Shown here piece after piece: positions 1 to 7,718 of a stretch of DNA of 7,718 nt. Source of the DNA: Octopus sinensis (taxonomy: Eukaryota). The DNA lies in the NCBI RefSeq assembly GCF_006345805.1, contig NW_021828708.1, forward strand, positions 1-7,718, read 5' to 3'. The notes beneath the pieces were generated by a model. That model worked only from the letters and a program-made list of their open reading frames with translations, did no database searches and was not told the origin of the DNA. Position numbers and translations under genes: made by a program. The first letter of the stretch is position 1; the number at the start of each line of letters is the position of its first letter.

Positions 1-351
1 TATGTATGTATATGCATGCGTTTATGTATGTATGGAATATATCTATCCCCATAATAAATTGTTTCTGACGTGTCTTTTTTTTTCTTTTTTGTTGTTTCCT
101 TGGCCGATAGAATTATCTGTTTCAAGTTACCTCCAGCCAATTTCGGAGCGGAGAAAGTTGCACTGATCATAATATCATAATAGCACGGCCATTGTCTGAT
201 GGAATATTTACTTAGGGCAATATGTCTCAGTTTGGCTGACATTATTGATGGCCACATTTTCGCAGCGATATTCGCTATCAAGAGACTATCTCTTTTCAAT
301 GTTTTTCTCTGAGTTATCATACTAATGAGACTACCGTGGCCTGCTTAGTCT

Positions 352-603
352 CATACATACATACATACATACATGCATACATACATAACATACATAACAT
401 ACGTACATTCATGCATACATACATAAAGACATACATACATACTAGCATTCATACATACAGACATACATACATACATATATATATACATGCATACATACAG
501 ACATATATACATATATATACATACATACATACATATATATACATACATACATACTACATACATATATACATATATATATACATACATACATACATACATA
601 CAT
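352..603. repeat. Imperfect (CATA)n/(TA)n microsatellite
   Basis: Tandem CATA units with TA interruptions, read directly; source of the YIHT/MYVC ORFs. Confidence 0.95.
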
Positions 604-688
604 GTGTGTCTTTGTGCCATTAAGGTGGTGATTGTTGCTATATAAATACATATTCACATACACACACAGATCTATGCATATATATATA

Positions 689-969
689 TCACCGTGATCA
701 CGGTGACCGACCAGGCAATCAGATATTGCTGCACATCGCTTGTCACAATGCGCTTCACATTGTTTTAGCCTTCAAATGACGCCACCCCGCTGGCTAAGTG
801 AGCAGGCCAACAGAAGAAAGAGTGAGAGAAAGTTGTGGCGAAAGAGTACAGGAGGGATCGCCACCACCCCCTGCCGGAGCCTCGCGGAGCTTTTGCTGTT
901 TTCGCTATATAAACACTCACAACGCTCGGTCTGGGAATCGAAACCACCACTGAACCATTACGCCTCCAC
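689..969 (-). mobile_element. tRNA-derived SINE, family A, copy 1 (internally deleted head, tail type 1)
   Basis: Minus strand begins GTGGAGGCGTAATGGTTCAGTGGT (A-box-like, 946-957), directly followed by GGTTTCGATTCCC (B-box-like, 933-945). Body 813-945 aligns with 5048-5180. Ends in CACSGTGAT-type repeats next to (TA)n. Confidence 0.85.
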
Positions 970-1064
970 GCATATATATATATATATATAGAAAAGTAGT
1001 TCTGTACATATAAACACACGCATGCATACATACATACTTATATGTGTGTGTGCGTGTGTGTGTG

Positions 1065-1213
1065 TATACTTTATTATTTAATAAAGCTGCAAAAACCTAA
1101 CAAAAACTTATAATCAGTTTCATGTTCCCGTTGCAAGACTGCCCGACAAACGGGAACGCGACACTCGAGAAACAGTTTTTGTGATGTCTTTGCAGCTATA
1201 TTAATAAAGTATA
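1065..1213. mobile_element. Inverted-repeat (fold-back) element, probably Penelope-like pseudo-LTR derived
   Basis: Arm 1065-1132 matches the reverse complement of 1149-1213 at about 53 of 64 aligned positions by hand; 16 nt spacer. The Penelope origin is inferred from the embedded hammerhead-like motif. Confidence 0.7.
1138..1176 (+). ncRNA. Degenerate type I minimal hammerhead ribozyme-like motif (likely inactive)
   Basis: ACTGC-CCGACAA-ACG GGAA CGC-GACA-CTCGAG-AA-ACAGT maps onto stem I, CUGANGA, stem II with GNRA loop, GAAA, palindromic stem III, UH, stem I'. The opposite arm keeps GAAAC (minus strand AACGGGAACATGAAACTG). Several core bases are mutated. Confidence 0.5.
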
Positions 1214-1228
1214 TTACTCTATTTCCGG

Positions 1229-1302
1229 TATATATATATATATATATATATAGATATAGATACATACATACATACATACATTCATAGGCACGTATTCATA
1301 TA

Positions 1303-1333
<31 letters not shown>

Positions 1334-1378
1334 AGATATATACATACATACATACATTCATAGGCACGTATTCATATA
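1229..1378. repeat. Two-copy ~76 bp tandem duplication of a compound microsatellite
   Basis: Unique core TTCATAGGCACGTATTCATA is identical at 1281-1300 and 1357-1376, each preceded by (TA)n-(TAGATA)n-(CATA)n. Confidence 0.9.
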
Positions 1379-1772
1379 TGTATATATATATATGTGTTTC
1401 TCATTCTTTCTCTCTTTCTCTCTCCACACACACACACACACGCGCGCACATATGTATGTCTGTGTGCACGTATGTATATCTTGTAGCTACGGAGTGCGTC
1501 TGTATATTCCATTTCACTTCTCAACTCTCTCTGATATCAGCCGGACGAATGCAAACTGGGTGGAGCACAAGTTCAAGCGGTTCTCTTCGATTACGCTGAA
1601 CCTCATTATATTCTTCTGTAATTGTTTGATCGATCAGTATTTATCGAGAATCTTGCACTGACATTTGGCTCAAGGAAGTTTAAATCAAAGAAATATTTTC
1701 CTCCTTGCACCAGCTGAACGGTTAAGCACGCGCCATATAAATGTGGATATGAGTGTGTGTGCGTGTGCGTTG

Positions 1773-1782
1773 TATATATGTA

Positions 1783-1858
<76 letters not shown>

Positions 1859-1860
1859 TA
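1773..1860. repeat. (TA)n microsatellite
   Basis: Near-perfect TA run of about 60 bp with imperfect flanks. Confidence 0.97.
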
Positions 1861-2112
1861 TTCTTTATTCTTTCTGTTAATCTTTTGTTTGTTTCAGTCA
1901 TTTGACTGCGGCCATGCTGGAGTACCGCCTTTAGTCAAGCAAATCGACCCCGAGACTTATTCTTTGTAAGCGAAGTACTTATTCTATCGGTCTATTTTGC
2001 CGAACCGCTAAGTGACGGGGACGTAAACACACCAGCATCGGTTGTCAAGCGATGTTGGGTGGCCAAACACGGGCATACAAACATATACATACCTACCTAC
2101 ATACATACATAC

Positions 2113-2203
<91 letters not shown>

Positions 2204-2378
2204 TATATATGTATACGACGGGCTTCTTTCAGTTTCCGTCTACCAAATCCACTCACAAGGCTTTGGTTGGCCTGAGGCTATAGAAGAAGACACTTGCCCA
2301 AGGTGTCACTCAGTGGGACTGAACCCGGAACCATGTGGTTCGTAAGCAAGCTACTTATCACACATCCACTCCTGCACC
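1861..2378 (-). mobile_element. tRNA-derived SINE, family C (CORE-like segment, internal microsatellite)
   Basis: Minus strand: GGTGCAGGAGTGGATGTGTGATAAG (degenerate A box), GGGTTCAGTCCC (B box), CCTTGGGCAAGT (resembles the CORE-SINE core), an internal (TA/TG/TATG)n tract at ~2075-2215, then a 3' body at ~1880-2070 and an A-rich tail. That the two halves form one element is inferred from orientation and from recall of octopus SINEs. Confidence 0.8.
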
Positions 2379-2380
2379 TA

Positions 2381-2478
2381 ATATATATATACACGCAAAA
2401 AAACCCCACACATACACACACACGCACACGTATTTACATATATACATGCATACATACGAATATTATATATTTATATTA

Positions 2479-2527
<49 letters not shown>

Positions 2528-2563
2528 ATATATATAATGCATACATACGAATATATATATATA

Positions 2564-2601
<38 letters not shown>

Positions 2602-2602
2602 G
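2381..2602. repeat. Compound (TA)n/(CA)n microsatellite
   Basis: Direct reading. Confidence 0.9.
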
Positions 2603-2762
2603 AATATGTATCTATTCATTTTGTTTTTCCTATTGTGTGATAGATTATAGTGTACAGTTATGCTGGAGTCTGCCTACAGCGATGATTTGGGACTAAGCAA
2701 CACAAACGAGATACTAAATATCAGTCTTTCGTAACGAGCAACTAACGGTAGGCGATGAATAA

Positions 2763-2936
2763 CTACCTACCTACCTACCTACCTACCTACCTACCTACCT
2801 ACCTACCTACCTACCTACCTACCTACCTACCTACCTACATACATACATACATACATACATACATACATACATACCCAAATACATGCACATCTACACCTCT
2901 ATCCATCCATCCATCCATCGATCCATCAATCCGTCC

Positions 2937-2978
<42 letters not shown>

Positions 2979-3015
2979 GTCTGTCTGTCTGTCTGTCTAA
3001 ATGCCTGTGTATGTG

Positions 3016-3080
<65 letters not shown>

Positions 3081-3270
3081 ATACACAGGCAGAATCATAC
3101 ATTCGTACATACATACATGCTTGCATACATACATACATACACACATACATACATACGTACATACATACATACATACATACACATGTACATACGTGTGTGC
3201 ATATCTGTCTCTATATGTATGAACGTATGTATGTACGTATGTATGTATGTACATATGTATATATGTATAC
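2763..3270. repeat. Compound tetranucleotide array (TACC)(TACA)(TCCA)(TCCG)(TCTG)(TCTA), then (CATA)n and (TATG)n
   Basis: Direct reading of successive blocks. Confidence 0.97.
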
Positions 3271-3611
3271 GATCCAGCAAGTTCCAGGTCTCGCAGTTAA
3301 AAGCACTCAATTTCATAAAAGTAGATGTAATTCGTATATTTTTGAAATTATGTGCATTTATATATGCTAACATGCCAATAATTTCATCTTACGCAACCAC
3401 TTTGAATGAAATCCTGCGTTTAAGTATGTGTGAATTGTGAGAGAAGATATACAGAATTTTTGAATATATGAACTTCTCATTACGACAACGTTTACAGGGT
3501 TAGGTTCCTGTTGCTCTATACTTTTACTTTATTTAACTGTGGCTACATATCTTTATCTCCTCTTCGTGGAGTAACATGTTCGTTTCTTCCTGTCTTCATT
3601 TTGTTTCTTTC

Positions 3612-4002
<391 letters not shown>

Positions 4003-4018
4003 ATATGTATGTATATAT

Positions 4019-4197
4019 AGGGAGAGTTTACGAAAAAAACAAAAGACGAAGACAGGTGGTGTACAAAACAAACAGATGTATTAGTATAACGCTTAGGAAT
4101 AGAAAAAAGTCTTTTACGCTCTTCTACAGAAAGGGACACAGAACAAAATAAGGAGAGAAACAAGGAGAGAAAAAAATGTGTGTAGTGGCTAACGACA
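4019..4197 (-). mobile_element. Possible Penelope-like pseudo-LTR remnant
   Basis: Purine-rich island between microsatellites. Minus strand 4133-4111 reads CTTT-CTGTAGA-A-GAG-CGTA-AAAG, resembling a hammerhead with its centre deleted. The family assignment is from recall only. Confidence 0.35.
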
Positions 4198-4217
4198 TAT
4201 GTGTATCTGTATGTATG

Positions 4218-4251
<34 letters not shown>

Positions 4252-4256
4252 TGCAT

Positions 4257-4441
4257 AGATTAAAATAAGAAAATTATTTTATATGAGACTTCGCTAATAA
4301 ATAGACAAATGTTGAAAAACAAAATGTGATTTTTTAGTTCACAGTATTCAATTATTAAACATTCATAATTGGAAATAATTTAGAAAACTGAACATTTAGT
4401 ATTAATGAATTTTGATTTACTAATCGGGTGACTTTTGGCAA
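4257..4441. mobile_element. Partial copy of the MITE-like element at 4593-4841
   Basis: Aligns with 4643-4836; shares TATATGAGACTTCGCTAATAAATAGACAAAT and GTATTCAATTATTAAACATTCATAATTGGAAATAATT; ends in partial TIR GTGACTTTTGGC. Confidence 0.75.
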
Positions 4442-4517
4442 GTGTATTCTGTTACGTCCCCAGGTCGACTAATGACTTGTGAGTTGATTTATTAGACAGA
4501 ACTGTGCAGAAGCTCGT

Positions 4518-4521
<4 letters not shown>
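4437..4521 (+). mobile_element. Family C SINE body fragment
   Basis: GGCAAGTGTATTCTG...CTTGTGAGTTGATTT...AGAAGCTCGTTGTA aligns with the reverse complement of ~2213-2297 and runs into (TA)n, as that copy does. Confidence 0.75.
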
Positions 4522-4582
<61 letters not shown>

Positions 4583-4586
4583 TATA
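4520..4586. repeat. (TA)n microsatellite
   Basis: Direct reading. Confidence 0.97.
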
Positions 4587-4592
4587 AATAGA

Positions 4593-4841
4593 CAGGGTTG
4601 GCCATAAGTCACTTGACAGTGAATAAAAGTCATTTAATTCCAAGATTAAAATAAAAAAAATTATATTATATGAGACTTCGCTAATAAATAGACAAATTTT
4701 GAAGAAAAAAAAAAAACACCGGTGATTTCAGCTCGTTGTATTCAATTATTAAACATTCATAATTGGAAATAATTAATAAAATTGAATATTAAGTATTTAT
4801 GGAATTTTGATTTATTGTCGCTTGACTTTTGGTCAAATCGG
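4593..4841. mobile_element. Decayed non-autonomous Tc1/mariner-like element (MITE), ~250 bp
   Basis: Left end CAGGGTTGGCCATAAGTCACTTGACAGT. Right end 4814-4841 matches its reverse complement at 19 of 28 positions. CAGGGT termini in a TA-rich context are typical of Tc1/mariner; the interior is AT-rich and non-coding. The TA TSDs are not intact (GA / TT). Confidence 0.6.
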
Positions 4842-4856
4842 TTTATATATCGTCGC

Positions 4857-5233
4857 GGCATTCCGTCGGTTACGACGACAAGGGTTCCAATTGTCCGATC
4901 AACGGGACAGCCTGATCGTGAAATTAATATGCAAGTGGTTGAGCACTCCACAGACATGTGTACCCTTAACGTAGTTCTCGGGGAGATCCAGCGTGACACA
5001 GAGTGTGACAAGGCTGGCCCTTTGAAATACAAGTACAACAGAAACAGGAAGAAAGAGTGAGAGAAATTTGTGGTGAAAGAGTACAGCAGGGTTCGCCACA
5101 CACCCCTGCCGGAGCCCCGTGGAGCTTTAGGCGTTTGCGCTCTATAAACACTCACAACGCCCGGTCTGAGAATGGAAACCGTGATCCAACGACCGCAAGT
5201 CTGCTGCTCTAACTAATGGGTCATTGCGCTCCA
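4857..5233 (-). mobile_element. tRNA-derived SINE, family A, copy 2 (complete head, tail type 2)
   Basis: Minus strand TGGAGCGCAATGACCCATTAGTTAG (decayed A box) ... GGTTTCCATTCTC (decayed B box, 5168-5180) with tRNA-like spacing. Body matches 813-945; 4857-5047 is a different tail. Confidence 0.85.
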
Positions 5234-5244
5234 ACTGTATATAT

Positions 5245-5395
5245 AGGTATAAGACTCGAAATTTATGAGGAGGAGGCCAGTCGATTAGATCGACACCAGG
5301 ACGCAACTGGTACTTAATTTATTGACCCTGAAAGAATGAAAGGCAAAATCGACCTCGGCGGAATTTGAACTCAGAACGTAAAGACGGACGAAATA
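5245..5395 (-). mobile_element. Family B SINE, 5'-truncated
   Basis: TCGACCTCGGCGGAATTTGAACTCAGAACGTAA is identical to 7487-7519; B box GAGTTCAAATTCC on the minus strand; the A-box region is missing. Confidence 0.85.
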
Positions 5396-5416
5396 TCTCT
5401 TTGACATTCCATCACT

Positions 5417-5577
5417 TTGTCTATCGGTGCTTTTTGTCTATTTGTCTATCTGTTTGTCATTCTCCTTGTCACTTTGTCTGTCTATCTGTCTATCTGTCTG
5501 GCTGGTTATATATTTGTCTGTCTCTCTGTCACTCTGTTCGTCTCTCTCTGTCTGTCCTTCTGGTGTCGTCTCTCTTC
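5417..5577. repeat. Degenerate (TCTG/TCTA/TC)n microsatellite
   Basis: Pyrimidine-rich decayed tetranucleotide units. Confidence 0.75.
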
Positions 5578-5691
5578 TAAGCTCACGTTTCGGTTATTTT
5601 ATTGCAAAACTTCAATACAGTCAAATAAAAAAAAAAGAAAAATTAGCTAAACTAAAGAAATATATAAATCAATAAAACACTATAAGAACAA

Positions 5692-5741
<50 letters not shown>

Positions 5742-5801
5742 TAATAATAATATTAATGATAATAATAATAATAATAATAATAATATTAATGATAATAATA
5801 A

Positions 5802-5858
<57 letters not shown>

Positions 5859-5905
5859 TAATAATAATAATAATAGTAATAATAATAATAATAACAATAA
5901 TAATA
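5692..5905. repeat. (AAT)n microsatellite
   Basis: About 70 in-phase triplets with GAT/ATT/AGT/AAC variants; ATTAATGAT recurs 33 bp apart (5752, 5785). Confidence 0.98.
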
Positions 5906-6180
5906 AATACAAAACTAAAAGAAAGCTTTTCAGATTTATCAGCTCAGGACAGGAAAAAGGTTTCAATATTGATTAGAGAGGCACATAGCATTGGCTTCAT
6001 GGAAGGTCATCAGTTTTGGACGGAAATCGATATTTCTGCTTGTAATAGGAGATTTAGTTCCGTCTTAGAGTAGCATCGATTTTTTTTTAGGTCAGTTAAT
6101 AATGTCTAATAGGCGGGGGTTACGTTATTGCTTGGTTTCGCGGAAAATAATAGACGGTTCTTTGCTCTTGCTTTATATTG

Positions 6181-6377
6181 GTTTCAAAGTTTGGCACAAG
6201 GCCAGCAATGTTTGGGGAAAGGTGGGGTGGTAGTGGTGGTGGTGGTGGATATAAGTCGATTTACGTGATCTCCGGTCTTTGGTAATTATTTTATCGACCC
6301 TTCCGAAAGGAAGAAAGACAAAGGGGACGTCGGCGGATTTCGAAGTCCGAACGTAAAGATGGACGAAATGCTGCTAA
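6181..6377 (-). mobile_element. Family B SINE, diverged copy
   Basis: TTTATCGACCC..CCGAAAGGAAGAAAGACAAAG..GACGTCGGCGGATTTCGAA..GAACGTAAAGATGGACGAAAT aligns with 5318-5394; (GGT)n expansion in the tail. Confidence 0.75.
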
Positions 6378-6423
6378 TACAATATGTATTTGGGGATACT
6401 TAATGTGCTTTCCATATCCTCAA

Positions 6424-6831
6424 CTCCTCCTCCCCGTCCTCCTCGACCTCCTCGTCCTCCCCGTCCTCCTCGTCCTGCTCCTCGTCTTATTCGTCGTCGA
6501 CGTCGTCCTCTTCCTCCCCTTCCTCCTCTTCCTCCTCGTCCTCCTCTTCCTCCTCTTCCTCCTCGTCCTCCCCGTCCTCCTCGTCCTTCCCGTCCTCCTC
6601 GTCCTGCTCCTCGTCCTATTCGTCATCCCCCTCCTCCTCCTCTTCCCCCTCTTCCTCCGTCCCCTCGTCCCCCTCCTGGTCCTCCTGGTCCTGCTCTTCG
6701 TCCTCGTCCTGCTTCTCGTCCTCCTCGTCCTCCTCCTCGTCGTCGTCGTCGTCCTCCTCCTCGTCGTCGTCGTCGTCCTCCTCGTCGTCGTCGTCGTCGT
6801 CCTCCTCCTCATCATCATCACCATCATCGTC
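6424..6831. repeat. Compound trinucleotide tract (CCT/CGT/CTT)n ending in (CAT)n
   Basis: In-phase triplets; a 49 bp block at 6447-6495 is repeated at 6576-6624 with 2 mismatches. Confidence 0.95.
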
Positions 6832-6932
6832 AACAGCTCTACATTACATTGTGAGGCCCATGATCCGTAAGAACGGTCGCTCGGTTTCCATTGTGTATAA
6901 AGTGACAAAAGACCACAACGCTGCACAGAATG

Positions 6933-7035
6933 CAGGGTGAAAGACAAAGGTGACTTCAGCGCTATGCGAACGCTGAACGTAAAGAACCAAAAAGACACAC
7001 TGCACGGTATCTTGTCTGTCCATCCATCTACCAAT
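6933..7035 (-). mobile_element. Family B-like SINE, heavily decayed
   Basis: AGGGTGAAAGACAAAGGTGACTTCAGCGCTATGCGAACGCTGAACGTAAAGA parallels AGGATGAAAGGCAAAGTCGACCTCGGCGGAATTTGAACTCAGAACGTAA. Confidence 0.55.
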
Positions 7036-7124
7036 TCTTATAAACTGTCACTTCTATTTTTTTTCTACCCTGAACCCAAGGCTAGATACTTGGTTGGATG
7101 TGTGTGGTCGATCACGTGGTTAGA

Positions 7125-7228
7125 TTACATGGATGGCGAACCCAGTTTTGGTACGATTTGAAGTACAGAAAATAAGGAGACACCGAAACACCGCAAGGAT
7201 TTTTGGCTGATACACTAATGATTTTTCA
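7125..7228 (-). mobile_element. Possible very old family B-like SINE remnant
   Basis: Weak similarity only (GATTTGAAGTACAGAA...GAAACACCGCAAGGATTTTTGGCTGATACACTAATGATT). Confidence 0.3.
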
Positions 7229-7333
7229 TATTCACTTTGAAAGGCCGAACCATTAGATTGCCTTACAAGATCCCTTGAAATATTCAGCTATGTATTTTTA
7301 TCCTGTGTGTTGAAACCCAAACAATGAATTCTT

Positions 7334-7351
7334 CTTCATCTTTCTTAGAAC
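7334..7351. repeat. Left target-site duplication
   Basis: CTTCATCTTTCTTAGAAC, identical to 7582-7599. Confidence 0.92.
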
Positions 7352-7581
7352 TATTTCTTTACTACCCACAAGGGGCTAAACACAGAGGGGACAAACAAGA
7401 ACAGGCAAACGGATTAAATCGATTACATCGACCCCAGTGCGTAACTGGTACTTAATTTATCGCCCCCGAAAGGATGAAAGGCAAAGTCGACCTCGGCGGA
7501 ATTTGAACTCAGAACGTAACGGCAGACGAAGTACGGGTACGCATTTCGCCCGGCGTGCTAACGTTTCTGCCAGCTCGCCGC
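7352..7581 (-). mobile_element. Full-length family B tRNA-derived SINE with TSD
   Basis: Minus strand GGCGGCGAGCTGGCAGAAACGTTAG (A box 7558-7572), GAGTTCAAATTCC (B box 7498-7510), core GCCTTTCATCCTTTCGGGGGCGATAAATTAAGTACCAG, flanked by a perfect direct repeat. Confidence 0.93.
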
Positions 7582-7599
7582 CTTCATCTTTCTTAGAAC
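7582..7599. repeat. Right target-site duplication
   Basis: CTTCATCTTTCTTAGAAC, identical to 7334-7351. Confidence 0.92.
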
Positions 7600-7718
7600 A
7601 TGCATCGATTCTTTAATCAAGCATATCTCTCACATTTAACTGTGTGTTCTTTTCTTATGTAAGAAACCATAATGTTTAACATTAAACATACGTTGTTTGT
7701 TGCAAGAAACAACAGCCT

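Noticed and set aside
75-215. Polypyrimidine tract plus AG at 109-110 as an exon start
   Set aside because: The following frame is short, unrecognisable and ends in a stop, with no supporting donor site.
322-356. CTAATGAG followed by a stem as a hammerhead
   Set aside because: No GAAA box follows the stem and stems I and III are absent.
4757-5155. ORFs of 61-132 aa overlapping family A copy 2 (and 740-1031 in copy 1)
   Set aside because: They lie inside SINEs; their mutual peptide similarity only reflects the repeat homology.
5652-6073. Poly-Leu and poly-Ile ORFs, and the unique tail NTKLKESFSDLSAQDRKK...
   Set aside because: They derive from (AAT)n; the unique part has no recognisable domain and only weak splice signals.
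6403-7034. Poly-L/V ORF, poly-R/T ORF and a possible acidic D/E frame on the minus strand
   Set aside because: Triplet-repeat artefacts; the acidic frame is broken by stops at 6487-6489 and 6616-6618.
7498-7581. tRNA genes at A/B-box sites
   Set aside because: No full cloverleaf was evident, and each head runs into a repeated SINE body.

Overview
Non-coding, repeat-dominated eukaryotic DNA; no credible protein-coding gene. Very dense (TA)n, (CATA)n, (TATC)n, (AAT)n and (CCT/CGT)n microsatellites alternate with three families of tRNA-derived SINEs, which I label A, B and C. This landscape resembles an octopus (cephalopod) genome, but that rests on recalled repeat families and is unverified. 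Nearly all listed ORFs are translations of microsatellites. Main points: (1) a ~150 bp inverted-repeat element at 1065-1213 containing a decayed type I minimal hammerhead-ribozyme-like motif of the Penelope kind; (2) a mosaic at 3612-5346 of locally re-copied repeat segments, twice joined at the same GGCAA microhomology; (3) SINEs with shared heads but swapped 3' tails; (4) an apparently young full-length SINE with a perfect 18 bp target-site duplication; (5) a decayed Tc1/mariner-like MITE plus a partial copy.
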